From Alphaproteobacteria bacterium (lineage in GTDB: Bacteria; Pseudomonadota; Alphaproteobacteria; CALKHQ01), in contig CBDDFZ010000002.1 of NCBI GenBank assembly GCA_965227515.1, forward strand, positions 32,001-96,000: a DNA stretch of 64,000 nt, written 5' to 3'. Position numbers and translations under genes: made by a program. Shown here piece by piece: positions 1-9,539 of this stretch (positions are counted from its first letter, which is position 1; every line of letters starts with the position of its first letter). The notes beneath the pieces were generated by a model. The model searched no databases and had not been told where the DNA came from. It saw nothing but the letters and a program-made list of their open reading frames with translations.

Positions 1-2
1 CC

Positions 3-1196
3 GAGCCCGGCGGGCCGGACTACGCCGGCAGCCAGGCGGCCCTGTTCGACCTGATGGCTTTCGTGCCCAACCACGCGGTCGCGCGCGACGCGGCGCCGAT
101 GCTGAGCTATGCCGACTACGACGCCATTGTCGCGGCCGCATACCACAAGGTGCTGCCGGACGCGGATTTCGGCGTGCTGCCCGTGGACGATGCGATCATG
201 GGCCTGATGCGCACGAATACCGGGGCCGCCCAGTACACCCAGAACGTGTTTGCCGCGCGCGACGAGATGGCGGATGCGATGGGCTTCGGACCGGCGGACG
301 TGCGCCGCAGCCTCGAGTTCGGCCAGCCGCCGGCGATGGGCATGGTGCTGGGGCTGGACCCGGATACCGGGTTCGAGGATGCCATCGATGCGGCGCTGTC
401 GGCGCGCGATTTCGGGCGGCGGATGATCCACGGCGTGCCGGTGTGGCATCACCTGGAGGACATGGAGTTCGACCGATACAACATCAACCGCGCCGACCCG
501 TTCGGCGGCAATATCGGCCGCTCGGAGCGGATCGCCCTGTTCCTCAGCGCGCTGGCCGGCGCGCCGGCGTGGGAGCTGGTCGAGGCGATGGTGGGGGCCG
601 CTATCGGCAAGGACCCCGCGATCCTGGACGACGAGACCGTATGCGCCGTCGCCGCCGCGATGACCGACCCGTCGCTACCGGGCGAACTGCTGCAGTTCAT
701 GATCGTAAACCCGGCCGACGTGATGACGGCGTCGCCTGACATCCAGATTAGCGGCGATGCCGACGACATCAGCCTGCAGATCGAAGAGCACATGGCGCAA
801 CCGGGCGAACTGCCGCCCTATCTGCTGGCCGCGTTTGCCGACCGGTTCACCGGCGACAGCGACGAAGCGGTGATCGCGCTCGCCTACCGCAATGCAGACA
901 CGGCGGCCGCAGCCGCCGAAGTGCTGGCCGAGCGCATGGCTGGGTTCCAGCCCATGACGGTGCTGGACGCCTGGGCCGAGATGATGGAGATGTTCAACGC
1001 CGAGATCGGCTACGAGGTCATCGCGCCCATGGAGGACGGCCCCGCCGTCGCACTGGTGCGCATCGTCACCGATCCGCAGTTTCCCACCGACGACACCGAA
1101 GATGGGCTGCGCCGCCACGGCGGCCGCGCCTTCCACATGCTGGTCCGCTCGCTCTACTCGCGCGAACTCACCCCGCTGGTGGCGACGCTGGAGTAG
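3..1196 (+). CDS. hypothetical acidic protein, 5'-truncated by the window edge
   Basis: Frame of ORF 54..1196 is open back to base 3; codon usage is host-like; no family motif recognised. Confidence 0.75.
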   Translation, partial: EPGGPDYAGSQAALFDLMAFVPNHAVARDAAPMLSYADYDAIVAAAYHKVLPDADFGVLPVDDAIMGLMRTNTGAAQYTQNVFAARDEMADAMGFGPADVRRSLEFGQPPAMGMVLGLDPDTGFEDAIDAALSARDFGRRMIHGVPVWHHLEDMEFDRYNINRADPFGGNIGRSERIALFLSALAGAPAWELVEAMVGAAIGKDPAILDDETVCAVAAAMTDPSLPGELLQFMIVNPADVMTASPDIQISGDADDISLQIEEHMAQPGELPPYLLAAFADRFTGDSDEAVIALAYRNADTAAAAAEVLAERMAGFQPMTVLDAWAEMMEMFNAEIGYEVIAPMEDGPAVALVRIVTDPQFPTDDTEDGLRRHGGRAFHMLVRSLYSRELTPLVATLE

Positions 1197-1219
1197 GTGA
1201 GTAGGGGAGTAGGGGCGCC

Positions 1220-2707
1220 CTACAACCCCAGTTCCCCCCACATTGCGTCGACCCGCGCCTTGACGTCGGCGTCCATCTCGATCTTGCGGCCCCATTCGCG
1301 CTTGGTCTCGGGCGGCCACTTGTTGGTGGCGTCGAGCCCGATCTTGGAGCCGAGGCCGTTCTCGGGGCTGGCGAAGTCCAGATAGTCGATCGGCGTGTTT
1401 TCGATCAGGGTGATGTCGCGCGCAGGGTCCATGCGGGTGGAGATCGCCCAGATCACGTCGGTCCATGACCGCGCGTCGATGTCGTCGTCCACCACGATCA
1501 CCCACTTGGTGTACATGAACTGGCGCAGATAGGACCACACGCCCATCATCACCCGCTTGGCGTGGCCGGGATACGCCTTCTTCATCGACACCACGGCGAC
1601 CCGGTACGAGCAGCCCTCCGGCGGCAGCCAGAAGTCGACGATCTCGGGGAACTGCTGGCGGATCAGCGGCACGAACACGTCGTTCAGCGCCTCGCCCAGC
1701 ACAGAGGGCTCGTCGGGCGGCCGGCCGGTGAAGGTGGAGAGGTAGATCGGGTCGCGCCGCATGGTGATGGCGGAGACCTTGAACACCGGGAACCGCTCGA
1801 CCGCGTTGTAATAGCCGGTGTGGTCGCCGTACGGGCCTTCGTCGCCATACTCGTCCAGGCTGACATGGCCCTCCAGCACGATCTCGGCCGACGCCGGCAC
1901 CTTCAGCGGCACGGTCTTGCAGTCGACCAGTTCGACCCGCTTGCCGCGCAACAGGCCGGCGAACTGGTACTCCGACAGGGTGTCGGGCACCGGGGTGACG
2001 GCGGCGAGGATGGTGCCGGGATCGGCGCCGAGCACCACGGCCGCCGGGAGTGGCTCCGGCCGTTCCTCCTGCCAGCGGCGGTGGTGCTGGGCGCCGCCGC
2101 GGTGGCGCAGCCAGCGCATCAGCGTGGTGTCGCGCCCGGTCACCTGCATGCGGTAGATACCCAGGTTGAACGCGTCCGCCTTGTCCTCTTTCGGTTTCGG
2201 CCCCTCGGTCACCACCACCGGCCATGTGATCAGCGGCGCCGGCTCGCCGGGCCAGCAGGTCTGCACCGGCAGCGCGCCGAGGTCGATGTCGCCGCCGGTC
2301 AGCACCGTCTCGTGCACCGCGGCGCGCCCCACCGTCTTCGGCCGCATCGCCAGCACCTGGCGCACCAGCGGCATCATCCGCATCGCCGCGCGGAAGCCGC
2401 CGGGTGGCTCCGGCTGGCGCAGGAAGGCCAGCGTCTCGCCGACCTCGCGCAACTCGGCCGGCGTGCGGTCCATGCCCCAGGCCACCCGCTCGACGGTGCC
2501 GAACAGATTGACCAGCACCGGCATCGTGCTCGGCTGCCCGTCCGCCTTGACCGGCTGCTCGAACAGCACCGCCGGCCCGCCCTCGGCCAGCAGCCGGGTC
2601 TGGATCTCGGTCATCTCCAGCACGGTGGAGACCGGCCGGGCGACGCGCTTCAGCCGGCCCTCGGTTTCCAGCCGGGCAATGAACGCGCGCAGGTCTGCAT
2701 AGGGCAT
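1220..2707 (-). CDS. ubiD: UbiD-family prFMN-dependent decarboxylase (3-octaprenyl-4-hydroxybenzoate carboxy-lyase)
   Basis: Motifs [45 protein letters not shown]. Confidence 0.95.
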   Translation of the reverse strand: MPYADLRAFIARLETEGRLKRVARPVSTVLEMTEIQTRLLAEGGPAVLFEQPVKADGQPSTMPVLVNLFGTVERVAWGMDRTPAELREVGETLAFLRQPEPPGGFRAAMRMMPLVRQVLAMRPKTVGRAAVHETVLTGGDIDLGALPVQTCWPGEPAPLITWPVVVTEGPKPKEDKADAFNLGIYRMQVTGRDTTLMRWLRHRGGAQHHRRWQEERPEPLPAAVVLGADPGTILAAVTPVPDTLSEYQFAGLLRGKRVELVDCKTVPLKVPASAEIVLEGHVSLDEYGDEGPYGDHTGYYNAVERFPVFKVSAITMRRDPIYLSTFTGRPPDEPSVLGEALNDVFVPLIRQQFPEIVDFWLPPEGCSYRVAVVSMKKAYPGHAKRVMMGVWSYLRQFMYTKWVIVVDDDIDARSWTDVIWAISTRMDPARDITLIENTPIDYLDFASPENGLGSKIGLDATNKWPPETKREWGRKIEMDADVKARVDAMWGELGL

Positions 2708-2907
2708 CGTTGTGTGCCAGTGGTGGTTGGTCCCGGATACCTACCATGTTGGTTCGTTGCGGCGCTGCGGCAAACCCAACGGCACCATAGATTTTCGGGG
2801 CTGCGATGGCTGATGCGGACTTGCCTTGGGTAGAATACAACCACACCTAAAGCCAGCCGCCGGCGGCATGTCCGGCACGAACGATAGACGACCAACAAGA
2901 ACGCCGC

Positions 2908-3585
2908 GTGCCCCATTCCCCCGCCGACATCCGCGCTCGTATCGAGGCGCACGGCCACAGCTTCTACGAGGAACTGGCCAACACCATCGTGCACGGCATC
3001 GCCGCCGTTCTGGCCGGCGCCGCGCTTGCGCTGGTGGTGGTGCTGGCCGCCTCCACCGGCAATGCCAAGGCGGTGGTTGCCTGCGCCGTCTATGGCGTGA
3101 CGCTGCTGCTGGTCTTCTTCTCGTCGACGCTCTACCACGGTGTCTGGCACGCCCGCACCAAGCGCTTCTTCCTGGCGATGGACCATTGCGCGATCTTCCT
3201 GATGATCGCCGGCACCTACACCCCCATCGCCCTGATCGTGTTCCCCGTCACCAGCGGCTGGGTGCTGTTCGGCGTGATCTGGGGCATGGCGGTCGCCGGC
3301 ATCGCGGCGCGGCTGTGGCTCGGCGACCTCCACTGGGGGCTGATCCCGCTGTTTCTCGGCATGGGCTGGCTCGCGTTTGCCTGGGGTGGCACGCTGTATG
3401 AGAGCATGGACGCGGGCGGCGTCTGGCTGCTCATCTCCGGCGGGCTCTGCTACACGCTCGGGCTCGTATTCTATATCTGGCGCGCGATCCCGTTCAGCCA
3501 TGCGATCTGGCACGGCTTCGTGCTGGCCGGCAGCGTGACCCACTTCGTGGCCATCGTCACCTACGCGCTGCCCATTGCCGGATAA
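2908..3585 (+). CDS. hemolysin III / PAQR (TrhA/YqfA-like) membrane protein
   Basis: EELANTIVHG, SSTLYH, DHCAIFLMIAGTYTP, HAIWHGFV; about 7 TM segments. Confidence 0.92.
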   Translation: MPHSPADIRARIEAHGHSFYEELANTIVHGIAAVLAGAALALVVVLAASTGNAKAVVACAVYGVTLLLVFFSSTLYHGVWHARTKRFFLAMDHCAIFLMIAGTYTPIALIVFPVTSGWVLFGVIWGMAVAGIAARLWLGDLHWGLIPLFLGMGWLAFAWGGTLYESMDAGGVWLLISGGLCYTLGLVFYIWRAIPFSHAIWHGFVLAGSVTHFVAIVTYALPIAG

Positions 3586-3611
3586 GCTGGGGACACCCTG
3601 GCGGGTAGGTC

Positions 3612-4703
3612 TTACATCTTCTCCCTCGCCCGCTTCAGGTTGCCAGCGTTGCGCACCATCTTCCCGAAATTGCGGTAGTGCTGCCGCCGCTCGGCATAGG
3701 ACTGGGTGTTGAACCTGTCCTCGGCCAAGAGCTTGCGATAGCGGCGCAGGCGGTCGGCGTCGATCTCGCCGGCGGCGATGGCGGCCGCCACGCCGCAGCC
3801 CGGCTCGCCGTCATGGTTGCAGTCGTTGAACCGGCAGCTCTCGGCCGCCGCCGCGATGTCGGCAAACACGTCGTCCAGGCCGCTCGCGACGTCGGCGAGT
3901 TGCAACTCGCGCATGCCGGGCGCGTCGATCAGCCAGCCACCGCCCATATCCCCCATCGGCGGCAGCCGGTGCATGCTGCGCCCGGTGGTGGTGTGGCGGC
4001 CCTTGGCGTCGTCCTCGCGGATGCCTTGCGTCGCCTGCAATGTCTCGCCCATCAGGGTGTTGGCCAGCGTCGACTTGCCGACGCCGGACGACCCGAGCAG
4101 GGCAACCGTCTGCCCCGTCCCGCACCACGGCGCCAGCCGCTGTGCGGCATCGGGGTCGAGTGCGTTCAGGCACTCCGCCACCACACCGGCCATCAGGCCG
4201 GATGCGGCGGCAACGTAGTCGTCGGTCTCGTCAGCCAGATCGGCCTTGGTCAGCACGATCACCGGGGTTGCCTCGGCCTCCCGCACCACGCTGAGATAGC
4301 GCTCCAGGCGGGCGACGTTGAAGTCCTGGTTGCACGACGTCACCACGAACACCGTGTCGACGTTGGCGGCGATGATCTGCAGGGCACGCCCGGTGCCGGG
4401 CGCCGGCCGCTTGAACACGCTGGTGCGGCGCAGGCGGCGGATCGGCCGGCCGGTCTCGGTGTCGACCAGCAGCCAGTCGCCGACGGCAACCTGGTCCTCG
4501 TCGTCATCCGGATCGGGTACCAGGCCCGGCACGCGGCCAGCGCGGTCCGCGCCGACGACATCGACATGGGCACGGTGCACCCCGGTCACGCGGACCGGCG
4601 CGGTGCGGCCGATCTCGTCGATGTCGAGTTGCGATTGGAAGTTCGGACCCCAGCCCAGATCGGCAAGCGTCAGGTCCGTCAAAGTCAGTTTCTCGGAAGT
4701 CAT
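3612..4703 (-). CDS. rsgA: ribosome small subunit-dependent GTPase A
   Basis: Circularly permuted G motifs TKADL, GSSGVGKS, GRHTTT, DAPG, plus Zn finger CRFNDCNHDGEPGC. Confidence 0.93.
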   Translation of the reverse strand: MTSEKLTLTDLTLADLGWGPNFQSQLDIDEIGRTAPVRVTGVHRAHVDVVGADRAGRVPGLVPDPDDDEDQVAVGDWLLVDTETGRPIRRLRRTSVFKRPAPGTGRALQIIAANVDTVFVVTSCNQDFNVARLERYLSVVREAEATPVIVLTKADLADETDDYVAAASGLMAGVVAECLNALDPDAAQRLAPWCGTGQTVALLGSSGVGKSTLANTLMGETLQATQGIREDDAKGRHTTTGRSMHRLPPMGDMGGGWLIDAPGMRELQLADVASGLDDVFADIAAAAESCRFNDCNHDGEPGCGVAAAIAAGEIDADRLRRYRKLLAEDRFNTQSYAERRQHYRNFGKMVRNAGNLKRAREKM

Positions 4704-4740
4704 GGCTCTCGCTCAGCACGCCCGGTTGGAATTCGGGCAC

Positions 4741-4786
4741 AAAAACAGCTCGCCGGGCCGCGGTTGCGACCGGCACGACGGTTTTT
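4741..4786 (-). terminator. attenuator-like hairpin with U-tract in the rsgA leader
   Basis: Minus strand AAAAAC-CGTCGTGCCGGTCGC-AACC-GCGGCCCGGCGAGCT-GTTTTT, about 40 nt upstream of the rsgA start. Confidence 0.6.
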
Positions 4787-4834
4787 CTGGGCTGAGTGAG
4801 AGAGTTGCGGCAGCGCCGCAGCGTGGTCGTGAGG

Positions 4835-4885
4835 CTAGCTCAGAACCTGCGCACCACCAGCCCCGGTGGGAACAATCGCTGTCAT
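4835..4885 (-). CDS. putative 16-aa leader peptide MTAIVPTGAGGAQVLS upstream of rsgA
   Basis: GGAGG (4891-4895, minus strand) 5 nt before the ATG; stop TAG; lies upstream of the hairpin and an anti-SD segment. Confidence 0.6.
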   Translation of the reverse strand: MTAIVPTGAGGAQVLS

Positions 4886-4990
4886 GAAAACCTCCCTCGG
4901 CTGGTTAGGTGTGGTCGAAGATATCGGCCTGCCGGGCGCGAATTGCAACCGGTCCCAGCTACGCCGCTGGCCGGGTGTGGCCGAACTGCA

Positions 4991-5824
4991 TCATGGAGCG
5001 TCGTTCAGGGTCCAGTCGTACTTGTCGCCGTCGATGCCGTCGAACGCCTGCAATTGCGCGGCGAGCGGCGGTTCGGCGTAGGTGCGCAGGTGGGCCAGCA
5101 CACCGGCCTCGTCGCCGCCGAAATCGTCCTCGAACCAGTCGTAGATGCTGGAGACCAGCAGCTCGTCGCCACGCACATAGACCCCGCGCGGATCGTTGAT
5201 GAAGGCGCGCGCTGCCGCCGTCAGCATGGCATCTGCATTGGCGGCGGTGAACGCCTGCATCTGCAGGTTCGGGCAGCCGATGGACGCGCAGTTGACCGCA
5301 TAGTGGATGCGCGGGTCCTGCCAGACCGGCCGCAGGATGCGATGCTCGATGTCGTCCAGGCTCAGGTCCTCGCCCTCCACCGTCACCAGGGCCGCACCCC
5401 ACGGCCCGTCGGCGAACACACCCGGCGAGATGTCGATATCGCGGATGCTGGCCACCGGGTAGTGGTCCAACACCACCTGCACGGTCAGCGCGTTGTAGAG
5501 ATTGATCCAGAAAGCGCGCTGCTCGTCGCGGTTGAGGACGGAGACGGCAGTCGCGGCCAGTTGGCCGATATAGGTGTCCAGCGCCGCGCGGTCATTCGAG
5601 GTCACCGCGCCATAGCGCACCCGATGGATGCCGCCCCGGTCAGGCGCCACATAGGCTTGCAGGAACCGGGTCCAGGCGCCGTGGTCGACGGTCGCGGTCG
5701 CGGCCGGGTCGTGCGCCAGCCAGCGTTCCCAAAGGTCGGCGTCGGGAGCCGCGCGCGCGGCGACGGGCGCGGCCAGCAGGGCGAGGATCAACGGAATGTG
5801 GCGTAAGCGATGCATGCGCGGCAC
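4991..5824 (-). CDS. DUF547 domain protein with signal peptide
   Basis: AFWINLYNALT, SLDDIEHRILR, DPRIHYAVNCASIGCP, SSIYDWFEDDF; exact start uncertain. Confidence 0.9.
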   Translation of the reverse strand: MPRMHRLRHIPLILALLAAPVAARAAPDADLWERWLAHDPAATATVDHGAWTRFLQAYVAPDRGGIHRVRYGAVTSNDRAALDTYIGQLAATAVSVLNRDEQRAFWINLYNALTVQVVLDHYPVASIRDIDISPGVFADGPWGAALVTVEGEDLSLDDIEHRILRPVWQDPRIHYAVNCASIGCPNLQMQAFTAANADAMLTAAARAFINDPRGVYVRGDELLVSSIYDWFEDDFGGDEAGVLAHLRTYAEPPLAAQLQAFDGIDGDKYDWTLNDAP

Positions 5825-5902
5825 TTGTGCATGCGTTGTCGCGTCACGCCAGGGGGCGTCACTCGTCGTTGAGCAGACGTGACCCGCCCGGCGGCGCCGG
5901 GC

Positions 5903-6583
5903 TTAACGCTGGCGCGCTTTGGCGCCGTCCCAGCTCTGGCCGATCAGGATGAAGATCAGCAGCACGAACAGGCCGCACACGATCAGCGCGACGGATTCCG
6001 CGGCACCGCCGCCGCCCGCCATCAGCAGCGCGACGATGGCGATAGCGCCGAACAGGCCGCCCAGCGCGAACCGGGCACCGGGCCGTGCCGGCGCGAAGTG
6101 CGGGATCAGCCGGCCGTCACGCGGGTCGTGCACCAGCCGGAACACATAGAACACCGACAACAGGAACAGCACGATGGCGGCCACCTGCCAGAACCCGCTC
6201 CAACTCGCCGCCAGGATCAGCGCGATGGCGGCGACGAGCACGGCAAGCCCGCCCCGGATCCAGATGCCGGCGCGATCCCACAGGCCCGGACCCTGCTTGA
6301 CCTCGGCCACGCGAACCGGTTGCGGCAGGGTCGGCACCGGGCTGCGGATGCTGTTGTGCGCCGCCATGGAGAGCGGCATCGGCCCCTCGGTGCGCACCGG
6401 GCCGCGCGGCGTGCGGCCGGAGCCGAGCCAGATCATGCCCATCACCACCAGCCAGCACACGCCTGCCACCGCCAGGCCCAGCACGTACCAGAAACCGGTG
6501 CCGATCTGGGCGGCGGCGATCAGGGCGGCAAAGCCGATCAGCCCGATCAGGCCGCCGAAGATGAACAGGCGTGGTGTGCTCAT
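5903..6583 (-). CDS. hypothetical 6-TM membrane protein with three internal repeats
   Basis: Three hydrophobic hairpins each starting xxxGGL. Confidence 0.7.
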   Translation of the reverse strand: MSTPRLFIFGGLIGLIGFAALIAAAQIGTGFWYVLGLAVAGVCWLVVMGMIWLGSGRTPRGPVRTEGPMPLSMAAHNSIRSPVPTLPQPVRVAEVKQGPGLWDRAGIWIRGGLAVLVAAIALILAASWSGFWQVAAIVLFLLSVFYVFRLVHDPRDGRLIPHFAPARPGARFALGGLFGAIAIVALLMAGGGGAAESVALIVCGLFVLLIFILIGQSWDGAKARQR

Positions 6584-6649
6584 GGTGTGGTCCGCTCGAT
6601 TGCCGGCATCAGTCGTCGGGCCATGAATTGCGTTGCAAACCGCTGTTCG

Positions 6650-8059
6650 TCAAGCCGCGTTTGCCAGTTCCGCGCGCGGCAGGGTGATGCGGAAGGTGGT
6701 GCCGCTGCTGGATGTCGCGATCAGGGCCAGGTCGCCGCCATGGGCGCGCACCAGCTCGCGTGCGATGGCCAGGCCCAGGCCGGACCCGCTCGATTTCGAT
6801 GTCGAAACGAACGGCACGAACAGGGATTCCGCCACCTTGGTGGGAATGCCCGGCCCGTCGTCCTCGATCTCGATGGCGGTGGCACCGCTTTCGTCCTCGT
6901 CCGCGCGCACCGTCACCGTCTTGGCGCCGGCCTCGCAAGCGTTGCGGATCAGGTTGTCGAAGGCGCGGTGCAGCAATTCGCGGTCGGCGGTGACTTCCAG
7001 CCCGGCCTGCACCTCGTTGGCGATGGTGCAGTCGATATGCAGCGTGGTGGCCTCGTCTGCGACCTCGCCGACCAGGCCGCGCAGCGGGAAGGCGCCGAAA
7101 CTCGGCTCGGGCACATCGTGGCGCGCGAAATTCAGCACGCTGCGGCAGAGCTCGATGGCCCGCTCCAGCGCGTTGACGATGGTCGGGGCCTGCCGACGCG
7201 CCTCCGCGTCGCCGCTGTGGGACAACCGGTCGGACACCAGAAGCGCCGTCGACAGGATGTTGCGCAGGTCGTGGTTGATCTTGGCGACCGCGGTACCCAG
7301 GGCGGCCAGCGCGTTCTTCTGGCGCAGGGAGGCGCGCAACCCTTCCTCCATCTCCGCCAGGCCGCGCTGGGCGACGCCAATTTCGTCATTGCGGCGGCTG
7401 GGCTTGATCACACGCCCGGGATCCTCTGGATTGATGCCGAACCGCACCATGTTCTCGGTCATCTTGCGGATCGGGCGCACGGTCAGCCATTGCAGCGCCA
7501 GGTACACCAGGGTCGCGGTGACGAACGAGATGATCAGCGACAGCGCCAGGATGCGTTCGGAAAAGTCGACCATGGCATCGCGCAGCGGGGCCTCGTCGAT
7601 GCGGATGAACACCAGAGCGCGCGGGTCCTTCGGGGCATAGCCGGTCACCTCGATAACGCGGTTTTCGGTCTGCAGCAGGGTATCGAAGGCATCGAAGATC
7701 AGCGAAAGGAACGAGCCGTCGTTGACGTTGGCATAGAGGTCCGGCGGCGGCGGCATCTCCTCGGCGATCATGAATTCGGTGGCGCCGGGCCAGGTCACGC
7801 CGATCAGGTAGCTGTCGGTCATGCCCAAGAGTTCGTGGCGCAGGTCGTCGCGCAACGAGTCGTCGCCCATGGTCCGCAACGCCACCGTCGACAACAGGCC
7901 CTCGGCCAGCCGGTCTTCCAGGTAGGTCAGGCGGAAACGCGCGATCGACGGCGCGTAGATCAGCACCTCCGCCACCATGACGAACAGCACCGTCAACAGC
8001 AGCAAACGTGCCGACAGACCGCGCACGAACGAGGGCAATCTCAGGTGGGGACGACGCAT
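6650..8059 (-). CDS. membrane sensor histidine kinase (HAMP-HisKA-HATPase)
   Basis: 2 TM segments, HAMP (RNDEIG), H-box HDLRNIL, N-box NLIRNA, DDGPG, GSGLGL; no adjacent response regulator. Confidence 0.93.
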   Translation of the reverse strand: MRRPHLRLPSFVRGLSARLLLLTVLFVMVAEVLIYAPSIARFRLTYLEDRLAEGLLSTVALRTMGDDSLRDDLRHELLGMTDSYLIGVTWPGATEFMIAEEMPPPPDLYANVNDGSFLSLIFDAFDTLLQTENRVIEVTGYAPKDPRALVFIRIDEAPLRDAMVDFSERILALSLIISFVTATLVYLALQWLTVRPIRKMTENMVRFGINPEDPGRVIKPSRRNDEIGVAQRGLAEMEEGLRASLRQKNALAALGTAVAKINHDLRNILSTALLVSDRLSHSGDAEARRQAPTIVNALERAIELCRSVLNFARHDVPEPSFGAFPLRGLVGEVADEATTLHIDCTIANEVQAGLEVTADRELLHRAFDNLIRNACEAGAKTVTVRADEDESGATAIEIEDDGPGIPTKVAESLFVPFVSTSKSSGSGLGLAIARELVRAHGGDLALIATSSSGTTFRITLPRAELANAA

Positions 8060-8117
8060 CGCGGAATACTATCACAACCGCCGAATTGGTCGCTTATCGG
8101 CCATATCTCGACAAGCA

Positions 8118-9539
8118 TCAACCGAACCAGGAAAGAAAGCGCACGAGACGCTTCATGCGCGGGTTGAACACGGCATCGCTCAAGAAGGCGCTGGCGGTGC
8201 GCTTGTTGATCTCGCCGAGCGTCGGATAGGGCGCGACCACAGTCGCCATCGACTTCAAGGACAGCTTGGAGTCTACGGCCGCGATCCAAGGCTGGATCAA
8301 TTCGCCGGCGGACGGTCCCACCATGGTGGCGCCGAGCACCCGCTTGCCGCCAAGGGTGACCACCTCCAGGAAGCCCTCGCGGCGGGCATCGGCGATTGCC
8401 CGGTCGTTGGTCGCGAACGGCCAAGTCTCGCACTTGACCTTGTCGCCGTATTGCTCTTGCGCGCTCTTGGCGTCCAGGCCGACCGCCGCGACCTCGGGGT
8501 CGGTGTAGGTGACGCGCGGTATCGCGGCCGCCGTCGCCTTGGCCGGCAGCCGGAACAGCGCATTCCGGATCACGATGCCGGCGTGGTAGCCGGCCAGGTG
8601 GGTGAACTGGCCGCGCCCGGCCACGTCGCCGATGGCAAACGTCTTACGCTCGGTGGTGCGCAGCCGGTCATCGGTGACGATACCGTTCCTGTCGGTCTCG
8701 ATGCCGGCGGCCTCCAGGCCCAAGCCAGCGATGGCGGGCTTGCGGCCGACCGCGACCAGCAGGTGCGACCCGCGCGCGATCTCACCTTCCGCGCCATCGA
8801 CCACGATATCGTCGCCGTCCTGCCGCACGGCCGCGATGGCGGTGTCGAGGCGCAGGGTCACGCCCTCCTCAGCCAGGCGGTTGCGGATGATCGCGCGCAC
8901 GTCGTCCGGCTCGCGGTTCAGGATGTCGGCGGCGTCGACGATGGTGATTTCCGCCCCCAGGCGGCGATAGGCCTGTCCCAGCTCCGCCCCGATCGGCCCG
9001 CCACCGACGATGACCAGGTGGCGGGGCAGGGTGTCCAGGTCGAAAACGGTCTCGTTGGTCAGGAATGGCACGCTGTCCAGGCCGGGGATCGGCGGCACCG
9101 CGGCGGTCGAGCCGGTGGCGATGACCATGCGGCGGGCGCGCACCGTGGTGCCGTCGACATCGAGCGTGCGCGGCGCGGTGAAGCGGGCATGACCCCGGAT
9201 CACGCGTACGCCCAGGCCCTCGAACCGCTCCTGCGAGTCATGGGGCTCGATGGCGGCGATGGCGCGCCTGATGTGATCGCGGACCTTGGCGAGGTCGGCT
9301 GGTGGCGGCGCCGGAACATCGACGCCCAGCCGGCCGGTATCCATAGCCGCGTGGCGGGCGTGGGCGGCGGCGATCAGCGCCTTCGACGGCACGCAGCCGG
9401 TGTACAGGCAATCGCCGCCCATCCGGTCGCGCTCGATCAGCACCGTATCGACGCCCAGCATGGCGGCCCCGGCGGCGACCGACAGCCCAGCGGAGCCGGC
9501 GCCGATGACGCAGATATCGGTCTTGATCTCGACGCTCAT
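8118..9539 (-). CDS. pyridine nucleotide-disulfide oxidoreductase (dihydrolipoamide dehydrogenase/MerA-like)
   Basis: Start reassigned to MSVEIKTDICVIGAGSAG; redox motif GGDCLYTGCVPSK; GGGPIG; no C-terminal CC pair of MerA. Confidence 0.9.
   Translation of the reverse strand: MSVEIKTDICVIGAGSAGLSVAAGAAMLGVDTVLIERDRMGGDCLYTGCVPSKALIAAAHARHAAMDTGRLGVDVPAPPPADLAKVRDHIRRAIAAIEPHDSQERFEGLGVRVIRGHARFTAPRTLDVDGTTVRARRMVIATGSTAAVPPIPGLDSVPFLTNETVFDLDTLPRHLVIVGGGPIGAELGQAYRRLGAEITIVDAADILNREPDDVRAIIRNRLAEEGVTLRLDTAIAAVRQDGDDIVVDGAEGEIARGSHLLVAVGRKPAIAGLGLEAAGIETDRNGIVTDDRLRTTERKTFAIGDVAGRGQFTHLAGYHAGIVIRNALFRLPAKATAAAIPRVTYTDPEVAAVGLDAKSAQEQYGDKVKCETWPFATNDRAIADARREGFLEVVTLGGKRVLGATMVGPSAGELIQPWIAAVDSKLSLKSMATVVAPYPTLGEINKRTASAFLSDAVFNPRMKRLVRFLSWFG

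Noticed and set aside
1191-1214. GAGTAGG(T/G) x3 short tandem repeat between convergent genes
   Set aside because: Too short, with no spacers or inverted partner; not CRISPR
5841-5883. GCGTCAC x2 upstream of DUF547, with GTGACGC near the VTT start
   Set aside because: Short GC-rich words; cannot be separated from chance without comparative data
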